Of a DNA stretch of 64,000 nt, positions 14,788-27,645 are shown piece after piece. The notes under the pieces were generated by a model. It saw nothing but the letters and a program-made list of their open reading frames with translations. It searched no databases and was not told where the DNA came from. Each line of letters starts with the position of its first letter. Positions within the stretch are counted from its first letter, which is position 1. The DNA comes from Azolla caroliniana (lineage: Eukaryota > Plantae > Polypodiophyta). Where the stretch lies: NCBI GenBank assembly GCA_043228905.1, contig JBHGNT010000001.1:31682001-31746000 (forward strand), given 5' to 3'. A program made the position numbers and the translations under genes.

Positions 14788-15654
14788 CATTAGATGGATC
14801 TTAGTTGGTTCTTAAACATGCATCCATACATATTAGGGTGATGCATTAAATGAAATTCTCTAAGGGCATAGTACTTCTTGGCCAATATATAAATCCTAAA
14901 ACATAGAAAGATGGAACACATATTGCACGATGTGAGCAATGGACACTTTTAAATGTAGCCTTTCTTTTCATCTTGAACTTCTAAAGAAAAAAAAATCAGC
15001 ACCACTAAAAATAGTTAGTGCTGAGTTGGGAAAAGGTCCAATCATCATGAAGGCTCATGTGGTTTCATTCATCACACCAATTATATGGAAACACGCATGT
15101 TACATTGCCCATCACACAACAATAAGGCTGCTCGTAACATCCTAGCATCAAATAATATACAGACTGATCAATATAAACATATAGTTGACGAGATCCTTGC
15201 AATCAGGATGTTGCATCAGAGTGTTTCTTTTAACAATTAATCATTACCTTGCCAAACACTAACTTTCAAAGCTTCCATTGACAATCCAAGTACATATTCC
15301 CCTAAGTATGATCGAAGGGTCTCCAAAACCTGCAATCCAAAAGACAAAGGGGTCATATTTGTGTCATTATATATATATTGAATCTATATGATACAATAAA
15401 AATGCATGAGCTAAAGGTTTGAATACATCATATTCATAACAATAGGTATAAAATTCATCACCTTAGCCAGAAGGATTGCACAACTTAAAAAACATCAAAT
15501 ACATTCCTCTATTCGGTCAATAGGCATAAGAACAAATATTATTTGAATATTAAAGAAGAAAATGTTGAAATTCAATTACATTCGAATCAATTGATTTGCA
15601 TTGAATGATATGGAATAAAAAATTTGGAGGCAACTCTACCTTAGCTTTAAACAT
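1..15654 (-). CDS. VPS13: VPS13-family lipid-transfer protein, 5' portion; many exons, continues beyond window start
   Basis: Spliced N-terminus MFKAK|VLETLRSYLGEYVLGLSMEALKVSVWQG|NVILNDLELRADALNALKLPITVKAGRLGSLTIK|VPWSRLGK is the Chorein_N motif (exons 15640-15654, 15248-15329, 14411-14514, ~14187-14282). Later exons include SWLNSLIATIIGNLKISITNVHVRYED (~8134-8231), WWRYA (~7145-7305), FSIDLDLDAPKV (~4480), FFCNRPTVVALIDFG and LKLNVSLDNPIIDMP. Confidence 0.93.
1418..1560 (-). mobile_element. Truncated 3' end of a LINE, same family as 9271-10305, in a VPS13 intron
   Basis: AGAAAGAAAC...AGAGGACAAAAATGGCCTATGAAATCAAACAAGAGATCACAT...CTCATCTTTGAGA..CAAACCAAAATAAA matches the LINE tail at 9271-9400. 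A second partial copy lies at ~1775-1830. Confidence 0.6.
8307..8654. repeat. Near-perfect 174-bp tandem duplication (LINE 3' stub plus first 14 bp of adjacent LTR)
   Basis: 8307-8480 and 8481-8654 are identical apart from about one substitution (GCACTT vs GCATTT). Confidence 0.92.
8641..9083 (+). mobile_element. Solo LTR (Copia-type) with 5-bp TSD
   Basis: Starts TG (TGTTGAGC), ends CA, and is flanked by CTCAG on both sides (8636-8640, 9084-9088). It has internal ATCCGG repeats and a TATA-like TATAAAA. The 5' end TGTTGAGCGGACAAGCTCAAC resembles the Copia LTR start TGTTGAGAAGCAAGCTCAAC. Confidence 0.8.
9271..10305 (-). mobile_element. 5'-truncated, frameshifted non-LTR retrotransposon (LINE; RTE-X-like C-terminus)
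   Basis: Broken ORFs 9937-10299, 9753-10088 and 9534-9734 encode SSHQLQIEVGRYTRLPLEERICQLCHQGVESEEHYFCHC, the LINE ORF2 C-terminal CCHC finger. There is a (TTTC)n tail at 9271-9284. Confidence 0.85.
10473..11480. mobile_element. Probable solo LTR (~1 kb, Gypsy-like termini)
   Basis: TGTCACG...CACGACA termini (TG..CA, TGTC/GACA inverted) flanked by TCGT on both sides. The interior is GC-richer with many AAACCCTA motifs. Confidence 0.6.
11490..13050 (-). mobile_element. Older degenerate LINE fragment
   Basis: CACAATTGGCAAAT...GCCTATCTCAAATTCTAACTGATGTGAAGAGAG...TGCCCTATCACACT aligns with the CCHC-coding part of the 9271-10305 LINE. The reading frame is broken and the right boundary is approximate. 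Confidence 0.55.
12508..12915. repeat. Diverged ~205-bp tandem duplication
   Basis: CAATTGGAATATCCAATGC...CCTAGGAATTTAGAAAATGTCAAA occurs twice in succession. Confidence 0.85.
14736..14782. repeat. (AT)n microsatellite in VPS13 intron
   Basis: Run of ATATAT read directly. Confidence 0.95.
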
Positions 15655-18600
15655 CATCATCCTCTATTTAGTTTTTTCAGATCATGTTGTAATTCTTGTC
15701 AATTTCTTCTCCGATGTCAAATCTCAAAAATTTGATCTTTTCCTGTGATTTTTCCTTCACTGAATAGGTCATGACATTCCCATCAGCACGCAATCAAGCT
15801 GTGTGATACAAAGCGTGCAAATTAACCAAGACAGAAAAAAAAACAATTTATAATTGCTCAAGAAACCTGTTATAACAAGCTCTGTGGTTCATTTCCTGTC
15901 ACAACAAATTTTTAAGGTTCCTTTTCTGAGTTCAAACTACGAGGAAATATACAGAGCTAAAAGAAGGTGTCAGAAAAACTGAAATTTCAGGGTTCCTTAC
16001 TATGGGTGCGTGAGTATGTGTACGTGTACGTGTACGTGTATGCAGGGAAGAAGAATAAAGCAATGGTGTTTGTTAACTAATGCGAAGTAGTGTTTATTTG
16101 GATGGAAAAAAAACAAAGAAAGCAATAGTGTAAAGGTGCAAGAATACTGCTTCAGGAGTATGGAGAATTAGGGTTTTGTAAAGAAGAACAAACAATTATA
16201 CAGATAAGGGTGCCAATGATCTCTTTCGGTGACGATGGACATGGACATGGAGAACTAGGGTTTCGAGACAGGAGAAATTACACAGAGAAGGAGTGATAAA
16301 CGTAGAGGTCGTGCCTGCGATCAGTCGATCGCTCGACGGATCCAGAAGGTTTTCGCTGCACGAGAGTACCATAATTTTTCTTTCATAAAACGAACAGCGT
16401 GGGGAGGCGAGCAGCATAATAGTGAGAGTCTGCTTCTTCTTCTTCTTCTTCTTCCTCTTATTCTTCGTCGTCCTCCTCATCATCACTACTTCAAATTACC
16501 GGCCAACGCGAAAACTTTAACCGGGAAAATAAGTCGTCCACATTTTTTTACCGGGAAGTTATAACACTTGTCCGGGTGTCGGGGGGCTCCGCCTTATCGA
16601 CACACTGATTTCCCACAAAGAAACTCGGCATCACTTTAGTTCACATTGATCAATACCTCTTTACTCGTCACATATGCTATCAATTGTTGCACGCTCCTTT
16701 TGCCCGCCACATTGGGCACATCATCCGCTAAATTTGCCTCATTACTAGTCTTTGTCGAGATGTACGCCACCACCTTCATCGAACACTTCTTTCTCACATG
16801 TCAATTATCACCATGAAGATTGAGTGGTGATCTAGTAAATTCCAGCGTTGGAATCGTTTTCTCGCATAAATATACATTATGCATTAGCAATTCATCCTTT
16901 TGGCAAATGTGTTTATTACTATGTTGAGTTATCCTCTACGTGTTCACTCGACTAAATCCCTTGGTTCCAAGGGTCACTTACAAGTTCATTAGTCGAACAG
17001 GAAAATTCCATTTTGGAGTAACCAAAACATGATGAATGGGGAGGTGTGTATATACATATGACCAAGAGATTGAAAGCATTACTTTTTAGGTAAAATACTT
17101 GCCCTTAGTAATTTTGGTTGTCCAACTCTGAATAACAATACAGGGGAAACATTTAGAGAGTTAGTGAAATAAGGCATTCCCCACATTGCTAAAACATGAT
17201 ACACACATTATTGTTTATGAGTCTTTTTTCAACTATTTTGCTTGCTCCTCCTTGGATCTCACAACAACATGCAAGGTTAATAATTAAGAGCATTTGAAAC
17301 CTATGTAATATTCTACAAGGTGAAAATTTACCCCTAGTAACCTTCATTTTTTGTGAACTTCTCGACTCACTCTTCATACTTGCCCAGATTTTGGATATGT
17401 CCTTGCTTTTTCAAACATATCATTCCCCTCTCCCAACATATCATTTTAGCATGGGGATGCTCTCTCTCTCTCTCTCTCCTAATCAAAAAATACACATGGG
17501 TCTTTTTGGAGAATAAAAATAAATAAATAATACGTGTGGGTCATATTCACCCGCATTGTCATTGATATAGCATCATCTCCCTCTCTTCTGTGATGTTCAA
17601 TTATTGAAATACCTTTTCAATTGTAAGTTGTAACCCTCTCTTTCTCTCGCCCTCTCCATGAGAAGATTAACCCCAACCTATAGAAAAGGCCTTAAAATCA
17701 ACTATCATCCCAACTTCCTAAAAAAAAGCAACAACCTTAAAAAATAACAATCATCTCAATATTTGAATAATAATAAGCTTTCATTGAAAAAATATCATTA
17801 GTTCCGTAGCCACATAACAACAAATTTTGAAAAAAGAATAACAATTATTATCTCGACATCTAAATAATAAGAACCATTTAATAAAACAAGCAATTATCTC
17901 AATGTCTAAAGAGGAAATAACCTTTAAAATCTCCATATTTGAAGGATTTTCTTCAATGCTATCACTATGCACCTTGTCTTATGTAGACGTCCAAATGTAT
18001 ATTTTGAATGATGCAATTATTGACTTCACTAAACATGTATCTTCTCCTACTATTGATTGAAGTCCTTTGATTTATAGCAGTTTGTTGAGATGTTTAATCA
18101 TTGCTTTTTCCTTCTTCCATTCCCTTTCTTGAAATACCTTGCATTAGTTCTAGAAATCTTCAATATGAGATGAAATCAGACAATGTCATCATACACAAAC
18201 ACCTATGTATATGTCACGATACTTAAAAGCACTTGAATATACGTACAATTCATCTAATGTAAGCTTGCATAATATTGAATAATCATGGAAGCAATGCATG
18301 AGTGATACTTAAATAACATTAGCTCGTTGATATTTAGTACATTGAAAACTCGATACCTCGAGGAATGAAGCCAAATCAATTCTCTAAAATTGAATCGTCA
18401 TGAATTGCTTGAGGATACGGTCATTAGGTCACAAGAGAAACATTTTAGCATTTTGTAGAACTATAGTAAATGCCTCGTTTAGAGACATGATCATGTCATT
18501 TACATTATGGGTTGTTGTAATGTTGCATTTTTGTATGATGGCGCCGATCAATAGAATACCCAACATAGTTATATCCTTTGTTTTAGTGATAACATATAGT

Positions 18601-20279
18601 TCCAATTTCTAACGAACCATTCGACTTTGTGTGTATCCCATGTTGTTGAAACACAAGTTGGTGTGATATACACCTTCTTAATCGTACATTGATATGTTTC
18701 TAGTGATTTAGACCTAATATTTCATGTGTTTGTGAGGGTCGTTGCAGGGGAGTTGTGTATACAAGTTACAACATTGGTTACATGCATGTAAATTTTTAAA
18801 ACAACAAAGATGAGAATGGCATGAAATGATCAATATATCTCACAACATATATTAAGCATAGTTGCACTAAAACGTGGATTTTATGGAATTCATGGTAAGG
18901 CACGTAAACAACGAATAAATAATTAGAACAAATGAAAACTTCATTTACATTGACTTTGAAGATTTTGAGCATGTCCAATTCCATCATGAATATTCAAAGG
19001 CGTTCCATAATTGTCCTTTCTAATTTTACTAATGTGACATCCTAGTGTCCAAGGCATCTAAATTACACATTTGCATTCACACAATAGCAATCGTTATTGT
19101 TGTCCATGGTTGAATTTGTTTTTTCTTCAAATTGAATTGCAATTTGATGGTAGATACTAGAAATCCAAACCCCCGTCTCATAGTACACTACTTCCCTTTA
19201 CAAGTCATAACCTCTTATTATATAAATGGCTCATTAACTATTGGTGTAGTCGTTTGAACCTATTGATGCAAGGCCAAAAAATGTCACGTGAGTGATATAA
19301 AAAAAACCTTACAATGAGTTTGAACCAAACCAACCTCGAGGATTAGATATCAATACCTTCACATGACCTTATTATATATCAAATTCCCTTGACAAACCAT
19401 GGCCTTTTCATGGAAAGCTTTGATATCCAATATTGCTTGCTAAGTACTACGAATAGTTGTTTTAGCCAAATGATGAAAGGTAAATAAAATGATGTGCAAA
19501 CAATAGTAGTTGACCATACAATTCAAAACCTTGATATTCTCTCCACGAACAAGAGTAAAGGATGGCTAAATACTTTATGGGCAACTTTTTGTTGCGTTTT
19601 TGGCTTGCCCTTTAATAATTGGATAGCAAGGTAGTAGTGGTCATGATGCTTACGAGTATAAAGGCACAAATAGGGAGGATGATGTCACCAAAAGGATAAC
19701 AAGGTGCTTGTATGCAGGCTTCATGAGGCCACGTGATTTGTAATGGTATCAATGAAAGTGATATGTTAACATACTATAAGGTGTCATCACAACAATGTTT
19801 TTGTCATCTTCAAGGGGGCAAGATGTGGTGATGAGCAACAAGGTTTGTGCATATGGATAAAATAGAGACAAAGTTCTAGTGTAAGTAACTTTTGCAATTG
19901 AATTGGGACATAAAAGGTCACAAGTTAAATATTACGAAGGATAGAGACAATGGTCTAACTTCATCGATCCTAAGTTATTTCTCGATCTTGATTTGTGTTA
20001 TATGCTCATGATATTATTTGAAAACACGTTTGCAATTTATATAATTTTTACATCTACATTTTTAAATCGTTGATAGTCCAATTCCATTGTTTAACACGAC
20101 TGACAATAATGTTATATGAGACATCCCCAACTGCAATACACCAATGATCATTGAAGGCCTCACGTAGCTTTCTTTTCAGAAAGAGTTTGAGAAAACTTTG
20201 ATATCACAAACCTGACAAAGGCTCCAATGACACACGTTATTTATCAATCATATATACAAGTTCATGAAATTTAACATAC

Positions 20280-20421
20280 CTCGAAACAACTGTGAAATCC
20301 ATTAACTCTATTTGGGGGTGTTCCACCACCTTGGATTTATGCGACAACACCCTATCTCGAAACAACTTTGAAATCCATTAACTCTATTTGGGGGGGTGTT
20401 CCACCACCTTGGATTTCATGC
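20280..20421. repeat. Direct repeat (~62-bp unit, ~76-bp period) upstream of SC35
   Basis: CTCGAAACAACT.TGAAATCCATTAACTCTATTTGGGGGTGTTCCACCACCTTGGATTT occurs twice. Confidence 0.9.
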
Positions 20422-20740
20422 TTTCAGTCAGATAAACTGTGGCGAGCACGAGGTGAAGGAGCGGCCGAAGCTTGTCTCAACTGCCTCGTAGATGGCGAGT
20501 CCCAAAAAACCAGACACGATGAGAGAGTACGAAAAGAAGAGAAGCCTTAGAGTGGCACAACAAAAGGCACACACAGATAAAGATAGAGAGACACACACAA
20601 GAAGAGAGCGTTTGGGACATAAGGAATAGTGTGAACCCGCCCACACGTTTCCGTTTCCAAGCCTTCATAAGGCTAACCAAGGTAAAGCTCTCATCTTTCT
20701 CAGCGACAGGCAAAGGGGCAGAGAACCGACATACACGCAG

Positions 20741-20743
20741 GGA

Positions 20744-20779
<36 letters not shown>
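20741..20779 (+). repeat. (GA)n tract immediately upstream of the SC35 start codon
   Basis: GA run ending just before the ATG at 20792. GAGA tracts are typical BBR/BPC-binding elements (inference). Confidence 0.85.
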
Positions 20780-20783
<4 letters not shown>

Positions 20784-20791
20784 TCGTCGCC

Positions 20792-23668
20792 ATGTCTCAC
20801 TTCGGCCGCGCTGGTCCCCCGGATATTAGCGATACCTACTCCCTTCTCGTCCTCAACATTACCTTCAGTAAGTCCTCGTCCCTTCGCTCCCTCCCTCTCC
20901 ATCTCTGCATATTTCGTCTTCGTTTCCGTCTTCTTCTTCTTCTATTTGTGCTCGAGGGTTTCAGATCATGGCCTTTCATGCAAAGTCGATGCATTCCATT
21001 TTCAGCTGTTTGATTTAACACCTTCCATGTTTCTTTCTGCCTCAAAAAGGACTTTTGGATTTCCTTAGTTTCGTTTCGAACTCATTGTTAACAGTAAAAT
21101 TACTATTTTTCTTTTAGTTCTCGCGCTCTAGGGTTCTACTGTTTTTTTCCGAATTTATCTTTTTCTAGTTTGGTCGCAGACATGTTCAAGGTATCTACTT
21201 TTTCTACGCTTAGTTGTTTTTCCATCTCCGGGATTGCTATTGGTAGCTTTGAGCAGTCTTTAAAAATTAGTAAAAGACACACAGTTCCCTTTAGAATACA
21301 TAAAGAGCTTACGAAAAGAAAGAAGAAAGAGAAAACGAGAGAATGCACAAAGAAAGATTTACCAAAATTTATGCACAAACACAAAAGCAATACTGTCTTC
21401 TCCGGGAGCACACTAAGACATCTTGGAACATTAATAAAAGACCGAGGCTGTAAGTAGATATGGTTTTAGTTCGATACATGTCGGATCAGAAACACTAATC
21501 AATCATCAGAAAACTTCATTTTGCCGGTGTATTTAGACACATGAAAACGCTAAAGGTTTTTGATAACTGCTGTTAAGTGTTTGTTGCAGATTATAAATGA
21601 AGTTAGAATACCAAATAACTAATGTTTCTATAGTTTGTACATGTACGCTAACAAATGTATCCTATGGTTTATATTTCGTCACTGTAAACGGGAAATTTTC
21701 TAGAGAGGAAGATAGAAAGATTCTTATTTTAGCTCATGTAAAATTTGGTATAAGTCAGTGGTCATTGACGGAATCATACAATTCGATTTTCACAAAGGAG
21801 GCTCCCATTATTATCATTTTCAACTCGGGGAGTGAAAGCCTAAACTTTAGTCGTCATTCTTTTAAATCGTCATATTGGTGTTTGGTTGTTCTTGTTATTT
21901 TGCAATGAGACAGTTCCCGAAATCTTTCCAGTCTATTGGACACTGACTTGGAATTGTTTAGTTACAGTTTTCACGAAGAAACGATTTACATTTTGTTGAT
22001 TACACAGTAATGCTAGACTACAGGTATTCTGTTTGAAGGGATGATATTGCTGATGCAGAGATTCTGTTTTTTACTCAGGAACTAGTGCAGATGACCTTTT
22101 TCCTCTATTTGATCGGTATGGAAAGGTTGTTGATATCTTCATACCCCGAGATAGAAGGTATGATTATATGTGCATGACTGCGCAGTGTTTTTTTGCTTTC
22201 TATATAATAATTTATTGTTTACTCCTATCCTTTGTTGCTTCACCAGGACTGGTGAATCTCGAGGTTTTGCATTTGTACGGTACAGGGATGTTGAAGAGGC
22301 CCAAAAGGCAGTTGATCGCCTAGATGGTACATAAAGGCTGAGTTTAATATCTCTGATGTACAATGTTAGTATTGTAAAGTGTTAAATTTTTTAGTACTCG
22401 GACTGTAATAATGTAGGCAAGATGGTGGATGGTCGAGAGATTATGGTGCAATTTGCGAAATATGGTCCCAATGCTGAATCAATGTAAGTGTTTATGTCAG
22501 TTTCTGTTTTATACATTGTAATCAATTCCCATTCTATTAAGTTCTGTTTTCAGATTATTGTTAATGCATTTCCATTATATTTTCCAGTCAGAAAGGCCGG
22601 ATATCTGATGCTGCCTATAAAAATTCGAAAAAGTCCAGGTATTGCACGTTCAAACAATTTCCATTTTATCTGTACACCTCATTTGATTTATTAACATGCA
22701 TCATGCATAACTCTGATACAGGTACCGGGATGAAAACTCCCGTCACAGTCGATACCGCAGTCGCAGTCGCAGTCGCAGTCGTAGTCGCAGTCGTGATAGA
22801 TATAGAAGAGACCGGTATCGTGAGGGGGATAGGTATTCATCAAGGAGATCTAGACGGAGTCGCAGTCGAAGTTTGAGCCGTAGTGGGAGCAGGAGTAAGA
22901 GTCCAGTGAAGTATCGCAGTAACCGATCCCGTAGTCGGAGTGACAGTCGCAGCCCATCTGGAAGCCCGGGTGCTGTTCGTGCTCGCAGCCGCAGCCGCAG
23001 CCCTATCCGCAGCCGTAGAGATGATGACCATCCGAGGCGTGGATCCTACAGAGAAGAAGAGTCTCCATATGCTAGTAAAAGGTATGTTTAAACATATTAG
23101 CAAGGATAGGTCTTTCTTTACTAATCTGCCAGGGTTTCATTATCATGCACATGTGACATATGAAAATCGGAAGGAAATATACAATTTGCAGGAATTTAGT
23201 AGAAAAGGATTTATATTATCGTATTATATTCCCCTACAAATATTTCCTTATTTTTGAGGAATTTCATGCATTATGTAATAGGAAATTATATAGAATCATC
23301 ACAAATTGTAGAATTACATGATAGAAAATTTGTATTTTTTTTCGCATTTTATTCATTTTATAAATAAAAAACTATGAATCAAAGTTTAAAATTTTTCAAT
23401 TTCATGAATTTGATGCATTTGTTTCCAATGTATTTGACAAACAACAAAGACCATTTTACCTATTTGATAAATTCGTTTGCCTGGCAGAGGTCGTACATCT
23501 AAGGATGACAGTCCATCTCCTCCACGAAGTCCTCCAGATAGGGCTCGAAGTCCCGCTGCAGTGCCTAAGAGAAGCTCATCCCCTGATCGTGCTGCTGCTA
23601 GGAGCCGTACTAGAAGTCGATCTCTTGATGCACCTTCCCGCAGTCCCTCACATAACTCTGACAACTAG
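20792..23668 (+). CDS. SC35: SR splicing factor SC35 (RRM + RS domain), 7 coding exons
   Basis: Exons 20792-20867, 22079-22157, 22247-22326, 22417-22483, 22588-22638, 22722-23081 and 23488-23668, all GT-AG. They give MSHFGRAGPPDISDTYSLLVLNITFRTSADDLFPLFDRYGKVVDIFIPRDRRTGESRGFAFVRY...DGREIMVQFAKYGPNAE followed by RS repeats. Confidence 0.96.
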
Positions 23669-26600
23669 GTAAACTCATTACCCCAGTCTCTCGAAATTCA
23701 TGCATTGAGTTTCCTCTTCAGTTCTGTATTTTATAAATGTTTTAATCACTACATCTAGGTGTTGATTCATAGGTTTATGAGTTATACTGCAGAAAACTGA
23801 TGATCCTTCCATGCTGATTGACAGGAACGGAGTATTTCTTCTCAGGTTCATGAGATGTGCAATTTCCTTTAGATGGTTAGTCCAATTACTATTGTAGTTG
23901 TTAGAAACTGTATGACCTAGATATATGTGAAAAGAGAATCATTGCCATCTATGGTGAGACAGATTGGATCAATATTGTAGCTTCAACGAATCTGTTTGGT
24001 TTTAATTGTTGTAGAAATGACTTGCTGCTCCCTAATTTATTTGCATCATGCACGGGGGTTGTGGTAGAGTTGTGATGAGTGAGGCTGCTGTGCTGGTAGC
24101 AGTGCTGCTGCTGATTATGATTGCGGTGGGCACAAAAGTGCTGTTTTTACCTGATGATGCTCGTTTGCTGATATTCTATAAGTTGTTGGGAGGTATAGTC
24201 TTATAGATGTCACTGCCGAAAGACTCTGCTAATTTTAGCTGCACGATTGGCTCTGTATATTTTTTGTTTACAAGTGTGTTGTTTGCTTCATCATTTTGTT
24301 CATACTTGTCTTCTTCTAAATTATATTATATGCATTGTGCTGGTTTGGATAGTGTTGTGCTGTGCTGATAGCTGAGGTTCCTGGTCAGTTAATGATGAGT
24401 ATGGAGATGGGAAGGGTGATTATTGGCCTGTGCTCGTTAATGATCGTGTGCTGTGATGGTGTGCTGATCATATTCTTGAAATTTGCAGAGGAAGTTCAAC
24501 TGTTTGGCTTCAAACAATTGGCAGATAATTCTTTTTAATTTGTGTTTTGAGGTGGTTGGGATTGGTTTTATTTTTATTGTTTCATCATCAATCAAATTTA
24601 GATTATGCACTGTGCCGGTTATAGTGTTGTGTTGGTCGGTGATGTTCCTCGTGGTGCTTATGGAGATTGGAGTGGTGATATTGTGCTTTGCCTTGTTATG
24701 ATGATATGCCATTCCTGAAATTTGCAAATCATGTTAAATGAGATTTTTTTTTTGCTTCCTTCATGTACTTTTGGGTTTTCTGTTTGGTTCATCTGCTTTT
24801 AAAAATCTTTGTTTTGCAGTATTCTTTTGGTCTGTATTTTTTATGTCTTGAACTGTGTGAGCTTCTTCTGCAAGATGTCTGATGTGGGAATATGTAAAGG
24901 AGTAAAACCGTGAGAGCCAGAAGATAGTTCTCTTAATGGGTATTGTGATTGGAACAACGTAGGGTTTTGTTCAGTTGGCATAAATGAGTGATTCTCTGTT
25001 TACAAGAAACATTTGAATTTTTGTGAATATATCAGTGCACATCTGTCAAAAGTTAGTTCTTTTTGAAATCGCTCAGATTTCCTGGTGCTCAAATATCAAA
25101 CTATGCCTAAATTTGGATGGAACCCATGCATTGGGCTCCTTGTTGATCTCCTCATCTCGTTGGTATCATAGTTTCTGTTGTGGCTTTAGTTTCAACTGAC
25201 TTCTTATCTTTGTATTATTTTTTGTTGGTGGATTTATTAATGTCTTTATTGTTTTCATTAATATAATCAATCACCTCAGGTTTGTTGGAAATGTTCTCAG
25301 CATTCACACTGGGAAAAGCTAAATATAACAGATAATAAATTCCTGCTTTGTTTGCTGCCTTGTGAGGATTTTTTCATCCTGGGATTTTAATCATAAGAAG
25401 CCCTTGTACATATAGGACCAAGAGGATTTTGTATGGAAGAAAGGTACTGTAGAACTGACGATGTGCTATAGGATCATATCTGGCTTTATAGTGTATCCAG
25501 GACCCTGACTAATGTTAAACCATTATATGATTCTGTTGCTGGCATGTAACTCTGGTGAGCATCAAATAAGTGACGAGAAATTCGTAAGAGATCCTTATAC
25601 ACGTATGACAGTGATGTCGATAAGACGTGCGTGAGTGCCCTAGTATTGGAGGAGCTTTAACTGGTTGACGATAACAAGAAATCTGGGGTTTTAATAATGA
25701 CAGTGCCCTTAATATTGACAAGTCACTGAATATGCTCATCTTTGTGCTGATGACAAATGCTGGCAGAACTTACAGCTTGGGTACAGCAAAGTCATCAGTA
25801 TGCGTTGTGTATTCTTTAGATATTACAAGAACATGCAAATGGTTCTCTTGACAGTGCAATAAACAGGATATGGTGAGAACTTCAGAGGACAGACATAAAT
25901 TGGGTATCCTTTGGAAGAAGTGCTTTGAGTACTTTAGAAGTTGGAAGGGGTGTAATGTAAGCTTGTGCATGTTTCTGCTGATCACAATAAGAAATATGAT
26001 CCTAAGCAGATGCAGACTTTGCATGAATTATTTAAGGGGTACAACTAGAGCTGGGACATGTTTCTGTTAATCGCTATAACAAATATGATCCTAAGCATCG
26101 GCAGACTTGAGAGGCCTTGCATTGCAATATTTTGGTCAACTCATTCTAATCTCAAAGGAGTGGGTTGTCTACAAAGCTTCTGAGGCACACCATAATACGA
26201 AGGGAAAACATGAAACATCTTGCAAGCAAAATATGTAGTGCCGACGTTTACATTAGACATGTTTACTAGAGCTTGCGTATGGTTCTGTTTATCACAGTGA
26301 TAGAGATTAATATAAACAATGACAGACTCGAGAGGCCTGTCTTTGCAATATTCTAATATCAAAGAGGTGCGTTGTCTACAGAGCTAGATTTGTCTAAACT
26401 AGACCATATCCCCTGAGACAATACCTAATAACAAGAAAAATATTGAACACCCTAATTGTTAACAAATATGAATTAGTGCTGAAGGGCATTCTTTACATTA
26501 GACATGACTAATATTTAATTCCCATGCTTTAGGTGTTTGGAGTAGGATGAACTAGAACTTCATTGGGGCTATAACATGAATAGTGCTTAAGCACAAACTG

Positions 26601-26791
26601 TAAATGTTGACACTCATTCTATTAATTTAAGAAAGTATACAAACTGTATATTAATCTACCTTGGAATGACTAATAAGTGCGGTTGATGTATTAGTGTGGT
26701 TGATTACTACCATTGGCATCAGGAGTCATCCAAAACCAATATTCCATTAAATGGGAATGAGGGGAGCAAGAAGTCACCAAACAAAAGATGA

Positions 26792-27540
26792 ACTTGTTTC
26801 CCATCGACATTGTTTGAATTCTCCTTTTCAGAGTTAACTAGCAACAATATTCAATTAAAAAATGTGGATGAAGTAGAGCACTTAGTCAAAGCCTTTTTAA
26901 TCGTGATTTGTGATTTGATCTTCATCATATCTATTTCTAAAACTCTCCACTATTATAGACAAAAAACCCACTAAATTGAGTGGATGTCTGCAAGTCATAA
27001 ATGTATTTGACTTTCATCTCTAATGTCGTAACTGCCATTGTTTACTTGTTTCCCATTAACATTGTTTGGATCCTCCTTTTCAGTTCTTAACAAGTATTAA
27101 AACTCAAGAGTCAACAAGAAACGGTATTCAATTAATAATGGGGATTGAGTGGAAAACTAAGTTGAACCATTCTTAATCATGATTTGATCATAATCGCGTC
27201 TATTTCCAAAACTCCAATATTTCAAACAAAAACCCACTAAAATGAGTGGATGTCTGCCAGTCATAAATTTATTTGACCTTCATCTCTCCTTCAGTGTCTG
27301 AGTGAAGTTTAAGTAAACCAGTTTTGTAATCACCATCATCACTTCTATTTCCAAAACTCTCTAATAATCCAAACAAAAATCCCACAAAGAGGAGTTGACA
27401 TTCATAAATAGACTAGTAGAACGTCAGCTCCTTCCACCTTAAAGAGAGCTGATAAAACGTATGGCCACTTGTTTGGGCACTTGTTCTCCAATATTCCCAA
27501 CACAAAATCCCACAAAAATGACTTGATGTCCACAAATGGC
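26792..27540. repeat. Degenerate tandem repeat (two ~250-bp copies plus partial copies) downstream of metaxin
   Basis: ACTTGTTTCCCAT..ACATTGTTTG...CAAAAACCCACTAAA.TGAGTGGATGTCTGC.AGTCATAAAT at 26792-27021 and 27044-27288, with partial copies at ~27320-27410 and ~27480-27530. Confidence 0.75.
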
Positions 27541-27645
27541 CTTATAGCCACCACATTTATTTGAACTTCAGCTGCTTGCCTTAAAGAGAGACCAGCACAC
27601 AAGTATGGCCACTACAATCATTCACAGCTTGTTCTGCTTGACTTT

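Noticed and set aside
16505-16560. E2F-like TTTCCCGG sites upstream of VPS13
   Set aside because: One good match plus partial ones; short motifs with no independent support.
16600-20250. Possible gene or transposase remnant in the VPS13-SC35 intergenic region
   Set aside because: No sustained ORF, recognisable motif or termini. Probably decayed repeat DNA that I cannot classify.
20368-21908. ORFs of 60-145 aa around the SC35 5' end and first intron
   Set aside because: They are low-complexity translations of GA/CT microsatellites and intron sequence.
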